This document shows positions 1 to 13,822 of a DNA stretch of 64,000 nt, piece by piece. This stretch comes from Carcharhinus amblyrhynchos (lineage: Eukaryota): the NCBI GenBank assembly GCA_965287045.1, contig OZ336881.1, positions 73,470,001-73,534,000 on the forward strand, read 5' to 3'. The notes under the pieces are model-generated. The model saw only the letters and a program-made list of their open reading frames with translations, ran no database searches and was not told the origin of the DNA. Made by a program: the position numbers and the translations under genes. Within the stretch, counting starts at the first letter, position 1; every line of letters begins with the position of its first letter.

Positions 1-1113
1 TTCCTCCTCAACTCCGTTCTAAACCGCCCCCCCCCTTTATCTTGAGGCTGTGTCCCCTAGTCCTACTGTCCTTTCTGAGCGGGAAGAGTCTCTCCACCTC
101 TATCCTATCCATCCCATTCATCATCTTATACGTCTCAATGAAATCTCCCCTCATTCTTCTAAACTCTAACGAGTACAAGCCTAGTTTATTCAGCCTCTCC
201 TCATAGCTCAACCCCCTGAACTCCGGTATCAGCCTAGTAAACCTCCTCTGCGCTCCCTCCAAGGCCAAAATATCCTTGCGTAAGTACGGCGACCAAAACT
301 GCACACAGTACTCCAGCTGCGGCCTCACCAATGCCCTACACAGCTGCAGCAAGACCTCCCTACTGTTATATTCAGTCCCCCTCGCTATGAAGGCCAGCAT
401 CCCATTCGCCTTCCTGACCACCTGCTGCACCTGCTGGCTGAGTTTTTGCGACTTATGCACAAGGACCCTGAGGTCCCTCTGCACCATCGCCTGCTGCAGT
501 TTTTCACCACGTAAGAAATAGTCCTTCCTACCATTATTCCTACCAAAGTGGACCACCTCGCACTTGCCAACATTAAATTCCATTTGCCACCTCCTGGCCC
601 ATTCGCCCAGCCTATCTAGATCCTTCTGCAGACTCTCCACACCCTCCACGCAATTTGCCATTCCCCCAATCTTGGTGTCATCAGCAAATTTCGACACCAT
701 ACACTCGATTCCCTCCTCCAGATCATCTATATAAATGGTAAATAGCTGAGGCCCCAGCACCGACCCCTGGGGCACTCCACTAGTCACCAACCGCCAATCC
801 GAATAGCACCCATTAACCCCCACTCTCTGCCTCCTACTTGACAACCAATCCTCTATCCACGCTAACACCCTACCCCCCTGCTTAATGCTCCACGCCCCCT
901 TATCTTCTGCAATAACCTCTTGTGAGGTACCTTGTCAAACGCCTTCTGAAAATCAAGAAAGACCACATCCACCGGCTCTCCTCTATCCACCGCCCTAGAC
1001 ACATCCTCATAGAACTCCAATAAATTTGTCAGACACGACTTCCCCTTAATGAAACCGTGCTGCGTCTGCTCTATCAAGCAATTCCCCTCAAGATGCCTCG
1101 CTATTTCCTCCTT
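1..1113 (-). mobile_element. CR1-clade LINE ORF2 (reverse transcriptase) fragment, 5'-truncated, relatively young; runs off the window start
   Basis: ORFs 862-1179 and 8-868 give [64 protein letters not shown]; frameshifts near 870 and in the poly-C at ~30. Confidence 0.95.
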
Positions 1114-1129
1114 GCTTTGATTGTTAGTG

Positions 1130-1350
1130 TCTGATGGTGGCCCCTGATGCACAGTTGGGAGATTGAAGGAACAGTGCATTCCAATAGCATGTATTGTCCT
1201 TGGGTCTCGTGCCTGGGGGTATCCGAAATATGCACTGGGGAATTGTACCTACACACCCGGAAGCCCCATCTGAGATGCACAGCAATTGCGTGGGAGGTTC
1301 AGACATCCATTGGGCAATTGCTCTGTAATGAGTACCATTCAGTACAGCGA
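1130..1350 (-). mobile_element. Possible degraded PIF/Harbinger transposase fragment
   Basis: Across frames reads RWGF..CVGTI....IPP...PKD, resembling the Harbinger RWGFPxCVGAIDGTHIPI.PP motif; heavily decayed. Confidence 0.3.
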
Positions 1351-2004
1351 TTCAAATCACAAACTCCGAATGGTTCCAATTGTATTACAGTAATAGTTAC
1401 CAGAAAAAGTTAGAAGAATTAAAAACCACTTCTAATTTCTGAGCATTGAGAGTAGTGATAACAACCAATTACCCCACCCCAACTCACCAACTATCCTTCT
1501 CACTCCTGCTTAATGCTCTCCCTACCCCACATCAACCCCTGCTTTACGGCAGCCCATGCATGATCTGTCTTTCCTACCTCCAATTCAGCTGCTCTGGCAT
1601 AAGACTTTGGGGATTTGCAGCACTGCATCTTGCTCACCTGGCCCAAGTTGGAAGTTCAGGTGAGAAAGGTAGAGCTGCATTTTAGGGTAAGTAACTCGAA
1701 GCAGAGTGGCAATCCAACTCTGCCACTCAATGGAATTTAGGGACCGTAACTGTTAAGAGCAAGACAGCATGGAAGAACTGAAGGAAAGTATTTTTCTTCC
1801 CCTGTAAGTACCACATTCCGTCTGCAGCTTTCAGATTGCAGGTAATGCACATTTCCTGTCTTGGCAAACTTTACAAAAAAGTGATGTAAAAAGTTTACAT
1901 GTTGTGTCTGATTATTATGAATTTTTGTTTGCGTTAAGTTGCACCATGGGCTGTTAATGTGTGGATCTGCACTAACCTTTACCCAGATACCAAACACCTG
2001 GGAG

Positions 2005-2840
2005 GGTGATTCTCCCGTCGGGGCCAGGAGACTCAAGTGGAGGCCGTTTTGCAGGCTGTCTACTGGGGGCCATGGTTTCCGCAATTCTCTGGCAGCCAGA
2101 GTTCCGGCGCCATCAGCTCTGCACCAGAAATTTCACTCCAGCAGGGTTTAGTATAGCTCCCCACTTATCACTAGTGATCCAGCCCCGCTGGAGTGAGTGG
2201 GGGGGCAATCGAGGCCCAGAGGGTCGTGCGCTGGAGAGGAAATGCTACCCCCTGGGCATTGCCACCTTGGCAGTACCAGCCTGGCTCCCCTTGCACTGCC
2301 CAAGGGGCAAATTGCCAATGCCCAGGGGCCACCTTGACACTGCTCACTGGGCATAAGGCTTTAACAGGGCCTAATAGGGCTCGGGGGGTGATCAGTGGGG
2401 GTTGGAGCTCCCGCTGCCACTCTGCATTTGGACTGGGTTGACCAATGGGGTGGGGGTGTGGCCTGCCTGCTGGGGGAGGGGAGGAGAGGACAAGGCTGAC
2501 CTGGGCATGTTCGGGGGGCCAATACTTGGGGCCTATTCCCATTGCGGGGGTGGTGGGGGGGGCGTCAACCTGGCCAGTGATCAGGAGGCTGGCAGTGTGT
2601 GCGCTGATCTGAGCACTGATAGATCGGTGCATGCGCAGTGGCCAGTTCAACTCTATGCTGCCGGCCTCTCCAGCAGAAAAAGGCCTCAGCCTCTGATTTT
2701 CAGCAGGATTCACACTGAGGCACTCTGTAGTGCACAAAGTGTCGGAGATTCATTTTGAAACTTCCGCTGAGAAAGCCAGCATGATTTACTCCAGTTTTTA
2801 CACAAATTCAACACTTAGAATTTTTTTGGGACAATGACCC
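2005..2840. mobile_element. GC-rich non-autonomous element with short imperfect terminal inverted repeats (MITE-like)
   Basis: Begins GGGTGATTCTCCC and ends GGGACAATGACCC (reverse complement GGGTCATTGTCCC); abrupt GC rise relative to flanks. Confidence 0.45.
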
Positions 2841-3758
2841 ACCTGGTTTCAGTTGAGTTGACGAAAGGGAGGCACTGAAAAAAAAGGGAAGAGAAGAAAA
2901 AACAGAGAATGCAAATTTAACCCAGGTACAGATAGAGTGGGTGACACATGGGGCACAGTTCTGTAACTCTTAGCAGGGAGCTGAAGATGGGCAGCGATAG
3001 AGATCTTGAGGACAGATATTTTGCCCTCAGTCACAGTCAGAATAGTTTTAGTCAACAGCATTAGTTTGCTCAGGGTTAAATTTCTCTTGGCCTGGGAATA
3101 GAATGTCATGGTGATCTTAACTGGCACTGAAGGAGAATAACTTGTGAAGGAAAAATGAATTAAATCTTCGGACAGAAATGCCACAATTTTTGGAACAAAA
3201 AGCGTTTTTTTCTCACAAAAGCTCAAAGCTTTCTGTTCCCTAATAAAACCTGCATATTTGCAGTATAGCCATTGGCACATAATTGCATACAGCTAAAGCT
3301 ACTTCGGACTGGATTCAGAGAGTCCGGCATCGGAAAGCCAGGTCTTGGCTTTTACTTTGCTGAATCTGGATCCCTTATTCCTATGGTGGAATTGTAGATC
3401 AATTTGTCATACGTCTGTGAGCCTAACACCGAGATAAGGGACTTCATTTAGCAGTGAGAAGCCAGAGTCTAAATTAAAGCATACAAACACGACTTCAGAT
3501 TAAGCAATACAGAAATCAGTGTGTCATTAGAAATGAGGTCCTTTGAAGAACATTCTACCATTTTGATGTTCAGTGTGGGATTTCTGTTAATCAGATCAAT
3601 ATTCAATTTGATCATGTTATGTGTGGAGACTGTCACTTCTTGCTGTTACTTTGTGTTCTTGTTCTCATAATCAGATGAGAGTTTGTGATATGATATTCTT
3701 TAGAAACAATAGTTGAGCCCATCATGTTTCTGATATTACATTTGTTAATTCAGGACTA

Positions 3759-4096
3759 TAAAGTTAAAGTTTATTTATTAATCACAAAGTAGGCTTATAT
3801 TAATACTGCAATGAAGTTACTGTGAAAATCCCCTAGTCATCACATTCCAGCACCTGTTCGGGGACACTGAGGGAGAATTTAGCATGGCCACTGCACCTAA
3901 CCAGCACATCTTTCAGACTGTGGGAGGAAACCAGAGCACCTGGAAGAAACCCATGCAGACATGGGGAGAACATGCAGACTCTGCACAGATAGTGACCTAA
4001 GCAGGGAATGGAACTTGGGTTTCTGCGCTGTGAAGCAGCAGTGCTAACCACTGTGCCACACGTCTTCCCATTTAGGCCTATGCCACCGTGCTGCCC
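3759..4096 (-). mobile_element. V-SINE (HE1-like head/body), type-B tail
   Basis: tRNA-like head GGCACAGTGGTTAGCACTGCT..., V-domain, tail ...GGGGATTTTCACAGTAACTTCATTGCAG...TAATAAATAAACTTT on the minus strand. Confidence 0.85.
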
Positions 4097-6059
4097 TGGA
4101 AGCAGCATTGTGAAAATAACTAAGTGTTTGAACTTTTTATTTATCTTTCCTTTCAAAATCGAATAATAATACCAAGTTTTTTTAACTATTCGGATTGGTC
4201 AATTTAAGGTGTATATCAGTTGGTTTTATACCTTCTCTGTTTATTGCAAGTGATTTCTATCAAATACTCCGTATCTTCATGTTGCAATGAAATGTTACAA
4301 CGATCGCTTAGCCTGTTGGGTGGGTTTGTTGGGTGGGTAGTGCCTGGGTTTCGTTTTCAGCACCATTTTCCACTGGGACAGAACTGCAAAGTTGAAATGT
4401 AATCAGTTTTTAGGGGGATAAGATGCAAAACAAATTTGCAAAAAAAAAGTTGTTTCAGGGAAGAGGTTGATGACTGCAATTCTTATTGCATTAAATTAAA
4501 TTTTGAAGTATGTGAGTGTCATCCAAGTGGATTGCCTTTAAAGTGATTGGAAATGAAATCTTTTATAGCCAGATGAGCCGGATAACAAATTTATAAAAAT
4601 GTTTCAAAGAAGTGTTTGCTTAAATAAACGGTGGAAGGTAAGCTTTCAGAAGTATGGACAAGGGGAGATGCTGACTCTTTCTTTCTTCCTGGGGTATGAT
4701 TACTCTCTCCCTCTCATGGGGTATGGTCAAGGAGTTGCTGACTTTCTCGGGGTACACCAAAGCAATGTGATCCATCTCTCTCAATACTCCCCAGTCACCA
4801 ACTGTGTCACAAGGCCTTCTTACATCCTCCAATATGTAAGGTTTGTGAATCAGGCTGAGAAAAAATGCAGTCCTCACCCCCAGAAAGTATAAACTCCAGG
4901 CAGTGTTTTCTACATTAATTATGGAATTGGGAGGTACTCTGTGGTGCTGGCAGGATGGGAGGGGAAAAAAATGGAAGAGGGTACAAGGAACCCAACAATA
5001 AAATTACTCTGGAGGCAGGGAAAGAATGGTGAGACAGCAGTGGAAGGTGATCTGACATGGTGGGGATAGGGAAATAGCCATTGTTACAGGACCACATTGG
5101 AGGGATGGGAAAGGATGGCATAAGATAGGGTTTTTAAAGAAGTATTTTTGCAATAAAGATACTAGTTTTATCACAGAAGTTTAGCGGTCCTCTGCTGCTG
5201 TAAAATAAGCTCCAATTCTGACCACCATTCTTCCTTCAGCCCCATTTCCACACTAGCCTCAATTACAAGATGAGAGCACCCATTCCCCACTTTGAGTGTG
5301 ACAGGTAAGTATGCAGGAAACCTACTACTGGGCCATTAATGGAGCTACTCAGAGCAGGCTGAATATTATGTGAGGGTAGCTTGTCTTCCTTAGGGAAGCA
5401 ACCTGCTAACATGCTGAGATGATGAATTTATTTTGGGGCAAAGGAGATTCTGAGGTCAAGTTCCTCCCCTATTGTACCGGTATATACAATAACCTGCCCT
5501 ACAACACTTTAATGTAAATGTTTTACCCTTGCTTTAGGGCAGATGATTTTGACTTGGCGTGCCATCCCATAACAATTCCTCAAACCTCTAGATGTTGACT
5601 GCCCGAATTCTTCGGTTTTGTGTAAACAGTTCCTCAGGCTATGAACCTACTGATTCTGAGAAATACAGATCATTGGCTGCAGCTCCTTTCTACACATCTT
5701 CTAACTCTTTGCAGTTTTGAACATTGCAATTATGGAGAGTATATTTCCAAACAGCATTTTGTGCAATAAAATTGATTCATTGCTTTGCAAGCTGTCTAGC
5801 CCTCAAAAGGGAATTCAGAGTTGATATTCTGCATAAGGCAATCTACTTTACACATGACTGAGGTATTCTGTGAAACGGGCAAGATCTAATATACAGGGAC
5901 TGTAAATTATAGGAAACATTTCGACTGCAAACACATTTGTTTACTACAAACTCCTTACTCTACTTACTGTACATCCACTTCATCCTTGTGGAAATAAATC
6001 AAAGTGGTCGTCAGGATTCAGATTTCCAGTTTATCAGATGGTTGCTATCAAATGCGCCA

Positions 6060-6460
6060 AGTTCTGTCCACCTTTTACCCTTGTGCTCACCAACCGACAT
6101 TGGCTTCTAATCAAACAATGTGTTGATTATAAAATTCCCAATCCTTGTTTTCACTTCCCTCTATGTCATTGGCCTCACCTTTCCCTTTCGGCAAATTCCT
6201 CCAGCTCCACAAGCCTGCAGGACGCCTGCGCTCATCCAATTCTGGCCATTTCGGCATTCTCGATTTTAAATCGTTCTATCATTGGCGGTTGCCCCTTCAG
6301 TAGTTTAGGCCCTAAAGCTCTGGAACACCCTCCCTACACCTCTCCATCTCACTTTCCTCCTTTAAAACACTCCTTAAACCTCTTCGACCAAGTTCTTGGT
6401 CATCTCACCTAAACCTCTCCTTATGTGGCTTGGTGTCATATTTGATTTTATAATGCTCCT
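6060..6460 (+). mobile_element. L2-clade LINE 3' fragment
   Basis: Decayed HWL.IKQ..DYKI and FS.LGPK.(W)N.LP motifs typical of the L2 ORF2 C-terminus. Confidence 0.75.
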
Positions 6461-6749
6461 CCGCCATATGTACAGCAATCTTTCATGGAAAAGACCCACC
6501 ATCATCTTCTCAAAAGCCAGTAGGGATGGGCAAAAAATGCTGCCCTTGCCAGTGAACCCCACATCTGGAAAATGATTTTATGAAACATTTGTGGATCATG
6601 TACTCATTCTTATATGGGATGGCTTCACAGCAAAGCATTGCTTGTTGAAAGGTGAATAGCACAATTTTGGTAGTGACGCAATGAGCTGCTGCGGTTCTCT
6701 GTCCGGGTATCTGTTCTTCTTGTGTTAAGGGTAGGTGATGACTCTAGAC

Positions 6750-6965
6750 TCAAGACTCTAGACTATTAATCCAGAACTCAGCTAATGTTTTGGGGAGCGG
6801 GATTTGAATCCCGCCACGGCAAATAATGGAATTTGAATTCAATTAAAAATATCTTAAATTAAGAATCTACTGATGACCATGAAACCATTGTGGATTATCA
6901 GAAAAACCCATCTGGTTCTCTGATGACCAGCCAACAACACCCATGTCTCACGAATGAATGAAGAA
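6750..6965 (+). mobile_element. SINE fragment of a third family (GAAACCATTG...AAAAACCCATCTGGTTC); related copies at 11220-11585, 39150-39720, 40045-40390, 61515-61730
   Basis: Recurrent sequence shared among these loci, ending GGGCAATAAATGCTGGCC...CCCAC/TGAATGAAT. Confidence 0.65.
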
Positions 6966-7599
6966 GAATGTTATCATCCATAACATTTTGGATTTTTCAT
7001 GGTCAACATCTTTCAAAGGATGTGTCACAACCACGTACCTGAAAAGATTGGTTAACTTGAACACACCTTTGTCTTTTGGTATGTAATTGTGTTTTTATGT
7101 TAATGATATCATAAGATAACTTGGTTTGACCACAGTTGGACACTGCACAGTTCTGGCCTTTGAATATTTTGCTTAGACCCCATTTAGGAATAAAAACATA
7201 TGTTCAGAGGCCGAGCGGAGGTTGCTGGAATGGGAGGGCAATTGTGGAATACAGACACGACTATTTGGGCTGAATGATCTGTTTCTGTGCTATATGTTCG
7301 GTATAGATCTATGTCATTAATGGCTGAAGCTGCAACAAAACCTTCCAACATATTTCAAATTACTTAATATACATTACATGCAGTCAGTTTAGAAGTATAG
7401 TGACTCTTGTTAGGTAACAAATGCGGCAGCCACTTTCCGCAGTACAGGCTGATGTTTTTGGACTTAGCAATATTGAATATAGAGAGGTATATAAAATCTT
7501 AGAATTGTTACAGCACAGTAGACCATTCAGTTCATTGAGCCCATGCCAGCTCTTACAAGAGGAATTTAGTTAGTCCCACCGCCCTTTTCCTGTCGGAAG

Positions 7600-8418
7600 G
7601 GCTATGTCCTCAGACATTACAATACTCCTTATTCACCTATGACTGTGTGGTCATATTTCCCTCCCATTGGATTTTCAAGTTTGCTGATGACAAGTGGTTT
7701 GGATCTCAAAAAATGATGAGACAGACTATAGGAAAGAGCTAGAGAATCTGGTGAACTGGTGCGGCAACAATAATCGCTCCCTCAATGTCAGCAAAGTGTA
7801 GTGGAGAGCATGCCTCTGTCAACATCAATGGGGACAAGTAGAAATGTTCGGGAGCTTTCAAGTTTCTAGGTGTCCAAAGCAACAACAATCTATCCTGGTC
7901 CCCCTTTGCCAACGCTCTAGTTAAGAAAGCCTACCAATGCCTCTACTTTCTCAGAAGATTAAGGAAATTTGGCATGTCTGCTACAACTCTCACCAACTTT
8001 TATAGATGTACCATGGAAAGCATTCTCTCTGGTTGTATCACAGCTTGATATGGCGCCTGCTCTGTCCAAAACTACAGAGTTGTGAATGAAGCCCAATCCT
8101 TCACTCAAATCAACTTCCCACCCATTGACTCCATCTACACTTTCCACTGCCTCAGAAAAGCAGCCGGCATAATTAAGGACCCACACACCCCAGACATACT
8201 CTGTTCCACCACCTTTTGTCGGGAAAAAGATACAAAAGTCTGAGTATAACCCAACCGGCTCAAGAACAGCTTCTGCTGTTCCAACAGCCTGCTGTTGTCG
8301 GACTTTAGAATGGACCTACCTCATAAAATATTGATCTTTCTCTACACCCTAGCTATGACTGTAACATTCTGCACTCTCTCCTTCTCTATGTACGGAATGC
8401 TTTGTCTATATAGTGCGG
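7600..8418 (+). mobile_element. Rex1/Babar-clade LINE 3' fragment (tail resumes at 10298-10358)
   Basis: FKFADD, KKAYQCLYFLRRLRKFGMSATTLTNFYRCTMESILSGCIT motifs; the 3' UTR ending GTGACAATAATAAATCAAATCAAA is split by a CR1 insertion. Confidence 0.85.
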
Positions 8419-10297
8419 AAGAACAAAAAACAGTACAGCAGAGGAACAGGCCCTTCGACCCTCCAAGACTGCACCGATCACGTTTACTATCTAGGCCAAC
8501 TGTTTATATCCCTCTATTCCCTGTTTGTCCATATGCCTATCAAGATAAGTCTTAAATATTGGTAATGTAACTGCCTCAACCACCTCACTTGACAGTGCAT
8601 TCCAGGCCCCCACCATACTCTGTAAAAAACTTCCCTGGCATATCTCCACTGAACCTTTTCACCCCTTGTCTTGAACTTGTGCTCCCTTGTAATTGTCATT
8701 TCTGCTCTGGGAAAAAGCTTCCAACTGTTCACCCTATCTATACTTCTCATAATTTTATAAACTTCTATCAGACCGTCCCGCAGCCTCCGTCTTTCCACAG
8801 AGAACAATCCCAGTTTATTCAGTCTCTCCTTTCTCATAGCTAATATTCTCCATATCAGGCAACATCCTGGTAAACCTTTTCTGCACTCTTTCCAAAGCCT
8901 CCAAGTCCTTCTGCTGGTGTGGCAATCAGAATTGAACATAGTATTCCAAATGTAGCCTAACCAATGTTTTATCCAACTGTAACGTAATTTGCCAACTTTT
9001 ATACTCGATGCCCATCTGATGAAGGCAAGCATGCTATATGCTTTCTTCACCATTTTTTCCCCCTTCGCTGCCACTTTTAAGGATCTGTGGAACCGTACTG
9101 TCAGATCTCTTTGTGTGTCTGTGCTCCTAATGGTTCTGTCATTTATTTTGTAGCTCCCACCTGAATTAGATCTACCAAAATGTGTCACCTCGCATTTGTC
9201 TGGATTAAATTCCATCTGCCATTTATTTCTCTGCCCAATTTTCCAGCATATCTATATCCTCTGGCAATCTTCATTTCTGTCCACAACTCCGCCAATCTTA
9301 GTATCATCCACAGACTTGCTAATCAGACCAGCTACATTTTCTTCCAAGTCATTTATATATATCACAAACAGCAGAGGTCCCAGCACTGATCCCTGCGGAA
9401 CACCACTAGTTTCAGACCTCCATTCAGAAAAAACACCCTTCCATTGCTACCCTCTATCTTCTGTGGCCAAGCCAGTTTTAAATCCATCGAGCCATTTCAT
9501 CCCTGATTCCATGAGCTCTAATCTTTTGCGCCAGTTTGCCACGAAGGACCTTGTCAAATGCCTTAGTCCATGTAGACAACATCCTAAGCCCTTCCTTCAT
9601 CAATTATTTTTGTCACCTCCTCAAAAATTAAAGTAGTGAGACATGACCTCTCATGTACAAAACCATGCTGTCTGTCGCCAACAAAACCATTCAGTTCCAA
9701 ATGTGTATAGATCCTATGCCTAAGAATCTTCTCCAACAGTTTCACTATCATGGGCATCAAGGGCCTATAATTACCAGGGTTATCTTTGCTACCCTTCTTA
9801 AATAATAGGACAACATTGACTATTGTCCAATCCGCTGGTACCTCACCACTGATGTGGAGATGCTGGCGTTGGACTGGAGTGAACACTGTAAGAAGCCTCA
9901 CAACACCAGGTTAAAGTCCAACAAGTTTATTTGATATGAAACTCACTAGCTTTCATGGTTTGCCCCTTCGTCAGGTGAGTGGAGAGTTCTGGTCTCAAAC
10001 AGAGCATATAAAGGCACACACAGTTTACAGAATACTGATTAGAATTAGAATTAGACTTTGTGGGTTTACTATCAAATAAACTAGTTGGATTTTAACCTAG
10101 TGTTGTGAGACTTCTTACTGTGTTTACCTCACCAGTGGCCAGTAAAGAAGCAAAGATTTCTGTTAGAGGCCCAGCAATTTCATCTCTTGTCTCCCTCAGT
10201 AATCTGGGATAGATACCATCTGGTCCTGGGGGTTCGTCTACCTTAATGTTTTTTGATTCACCTAACACTTTCTCCCTCGTAATGATGACTTGTTCTA
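8419..10297 (-). mobile_element. CR1 LINE ORF2 fragment inserted into the Rex1 3' UTR, itself interrupted by a PLE piece
   Basis: PGPDGIYPRLL, DNPGNYRP, QHGFV..RSCLT, MEFNPDKCEV.HFG, LGLFSVERRRLR; AAGAACAA at both junctions (8419, 10298). Confidence 0.92.
9849..10124 (-). mobile_element. Penelope-like element terminus with inverted structure and a degenerate hammerhead motif (9942-9980, minus)
   Basis: Inverted AACACCAGGTTAAAGTCCAAC / GTTGGATTTTAACCTAGTGTT arms; CTGACGA...GAAAGCTA on minus; TACCTCACCA duplicated at 9839-9848 and 10125-10134. Confidence 0.8.
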
Positions 10298-11739
10298 AAG
10301 AACAATACTCTTCACTGTGTACAAACATGTGACAATAATAAATCAAATCAAAATCAAACTGTTTACCACTACTTTGTTTTCACTCACCCAACTTTGTGTT
10401 CACAGTCACTTTTACTCCATGGGCCTCAACTTTGTTGAAGAACCTATTATGTGGCACTTTGGAAGTCCATATACACCACATCAAATGTGGTTCCTTTATC
10501 AACCCTCTCTTTTTGTTACCTTGTTTTTTAAAAAAAACTCAAGCTGGCTAAAACAAGATTTCTCTTTACCAAGCTGTTGCTGATTTATCCACTTTTGTCC
10601 AACTTTCTGTTAATTTTGCCCCGAGGTATTGGCCAAGAAACCCAATTCATCTAACACACTTCTTTTCAAATTGGGATGTGGGAAATTCAGTAGGTGATCT
10701 GAACCATGAAGTTTAGTGTTTCATTGTCGACAATGCAGCACTGTCTGTATTGGCAACCTTTTCATTGCTTCAGATTTAACAGGGTGACTTAAACCTGAAT
10801 CTTCTGAGTCAGAGAGTGCTACAAGTTGAGCTCAGTGCTGACACTTGTTTGGTTTGAAAAAGTTTCTGAACCAGACAGTTTGTTGGAGCTGAGTTCAACA
10901 TGTCCACTTGAAACTGAATTATTCTCAGTCAGAGACTGCATCACGCCTGCTTCGGCGCACAATGCGGTCAGTAACTTCTTCCAAGTTAATTCCCTGCCCC
11001 CTCCCTTCCAACTCGCAATTTCTTCACTCATTGCTTCAAAAAGCATAGCGCCCTGATGTCATAATCACCAAATTTAATAATAAAACCTTTGTGCAAAGCC
11101 TCATTCTGATACTTCAAGAAATATTTCCGTTCCCTACAATTCATTTTAACCTAATTCAGAGAAAAATATGCAGGACAGAGGGGGCAAAGGCATCTGAAGC
11201 AGTCGAGAGGATTTTTAAAAATGTATTCTTTCATGGGTTGTGGGAGTTTCTGGGCAAGGCCAGCATTTGTTGCCCATCCCTAATTGCCCTTGAACTAAGT
11301 AAGTTGCTAGTCATTTCAGAGGGCAGTTAGAGTCAACCATATTGCTGTGGGTCTGGAGTCCCATTTGGCCAAACTGGGTTAAGGATGGCAAATTTCCTTC
11401 CTTAAAGGACATTAGTGAACCAGATGGGTTTTTACGACAGTAGTTGGTGGTTTCATTGCCATCATTCCTGAGATTACCTTTTCATAACTGAACTTAAATT
11501 CCACTGCCTGCTGTGCTGTGATCTGAACCTTAACCCCTGAGCCTCTGGATTTCCAGTCAAGTGACATTACCACTACACCACTATCTCCTCATAGCAATTG
11601 TATCGATAGGGGAAAGAAAGAATGGAAGTTGCACAAGTGAATCATGGCTCTTTGAGAATGCTATCAGCCAGTTCACTAATATCTTTTCATGAAGGAAACA
11701 TCCCTTCTTACCTGCTCTGGCCTAGGTGTGACTCCAGTT

Positions 11740-12075
11740 CCCTGCTGCCTCAGAAAAGTAGCCAGCATAATTAAGACCCATGCATTTCAGACTTCCGTCT
11801 TCGACCTTCCCCCATCAGGAAAAAGATACAAAAATCTGAGGTCAAGCACCAACCGATTCAAGAACAGCTCTTCCCTGCTACCATCAGACTTTTGAATGGA
11901 CCTACCTCTCACTAAGTTGATCTTTCTCTACACCCTAGCTATGAATGTAACACTACATTCTGCACTCTGTCCTTTCCTTCTCTATGAATGGTATGTTTTG
12001 TTGGTAGGGCATGCGAGAAACAATACTTTCCACTGTATACTAATACATGTGACAATAATAAATCAAATCAAACAT
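11740..12075 (+). mobile_element. Rex1/Babar LINE 3' end
   Basis: KVASIIK..., LPPSGKRYK..., same 3' UTR and (AATCA)n tail as 7600-10358. Confidence 0.85.
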
Positions 12076-13822
12076 CAACGTGATTTGTGGTTAACTGCCT
12101 GCTGAAGTGGCACGGCAAACTATTCTGAAGCATGGGGATGAACAATAAATGCCAGCTTTACTTGCATCCCAAGAACAAATGTTTTAAGTAATTCACTTCC
12201 AGACTGGCAACATGGACATTTTTGATCTAAGTATATAAGATATGTTAACCCTCTTTGCTCTTTTATATTGCCTTCCAATATAAGCAGCTACAGTTGTACC
12301 TTTTGTGAATTTGCAGAGATGGGATTAGTAACTTCAATACCAATACAGTTTTTCTGCATCCAGCATGTTTCCCTGTTTATTTTCCCTTTGACTGCCTGGT
12401 TGGTGTGGACCTTGTGGCAGAGATTTGGGCCTCGGTGGTGTGTGGCTGGACTCGAATTTGCGCCAGCGGTTTCCCAAGTAGTGAGAAGCTGGATTTTAAA
12501 AGCCAGGCCTTCAAGGACAGAGGGGTGAAATAAAAGCGAGAGCCAGAGAGTGAGCAGAATTAATAATCAATGCATTGCCAGTGCTCTGCCTGTTGGCTCC
12601 TAATTGCCATTGCCCTGCCAGCTCTAGAGAAGAATGTACAATGCTGAGAAGGGGAGTATTCTGAAACAATGCCCTACTTGAGCTCAAAGCAGAACTGCTG
12701 TATTTTTCCAGTTTATTTGTTAAGATATTTTGGTGCTTGTTTGATTATTTGGTTGCAATCACTAAATCACTGAAAAGTACAGTAATAACGTGGGAGCAGC
12801 AGTTTGACTCCTTGCATTACTGGTGCTGACGCAAATTTGTCTTGCCTAATCTCAGACAGTGACTAATCTGTGGTTCATTTTGTTCAAAGCCCATCATAAA
12901 GGCAGCAAAATCCTTTGAGGTTTTTCTAATTTTCATTTTTTGGGGGCTTTCTTTCATGACTAATTTGTGAGCTGAACAGGGAAAGTTGATGAATTGCCAT
13001 TATCTTGTAGGGGATGTTTTATTTAGCTTCTGCCAGCAGAGCGGATTAAATAAAAAAGGAATGCTATATGGTGCAGTGTGATGGCATGCTGTCCTTTCAG
13101 TTCAGGAACCTGGGGTCTGGAGTGCAGCCCAGACTGGTGGATTAAAGTTTCCTTTCTTTGCTGGCTGCAAGTGTCCTTGGGGAAATTACTTTAGGCAGTC
13201 TCAACCCAGTTCCTAATGGGCACCAGTTAACAGCAAAAATTGCTCATAATTAGACACTAATTGACATTAAATTGGCAGTTCCACTTAGAACGTATAAGGA
13301 TGCCTGGTGTGGGAAATGGAAATGTGTTGCAGCCGGGCATGCTTTTCTGAGGCTTGGGTTTTGGCAATGTTGAGCTTAAGTTTCACAATTGAGTCCTCAT
13401 GTCAGTAGATTAACGTCAGTCATCGGTTTCTGTATCTGTTGATGTTCTAGCTCCACTTGTTTGTCAGTACAATCCCACCACTTAAAAAGTCCACTTTAAA
13501 AATTGGTAGTCATTTATGTCAGCCAGAACATGATAGCCATTATCCTCTTTTAACATCCTAGACAAAATTTTCCGGCTGCGCTTGCCCTGAAGCCGAAAAA
13601 TCCCGTCTGAGGTCAACGGACCTTTGCATGGTCTGTATCCAAACCACTCCGATTCCCATGGCAGGCAGGGAAAATTCTGCCCCCTGAGTTAATGTCAATG
13701 TGAAAGTTGTCCATCCTGGCGTTTTAAGTGCTCCATTCACTTTTGGACAGAAAGAGCTGTCCTTACTCATAGGTTTATGCCTTGTTAAGATGCACTGAAT
13801 GTTAAGATAACCATCCCCATTT

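Noticed and set aside
8-868. 286-aa reverse transcriptase ORF as a novel RT system (retron/DGR-like)
   Set aside because: Ordinary 5'-truncated, frameshifted CR1 ORF2 with several relatives in the window
2006-2758. Overlapping 116-188 aa ORFs
   Set aside because: By-product of a GC-rich repeat with few stop codons; no recognisable domain
4599-4892. ORF-like stretch (KPYILEDVRRPCDTVGDWGVLRE...)
   Set aside because: May be an old transposon remnant, but no motif or splice context could be assigned
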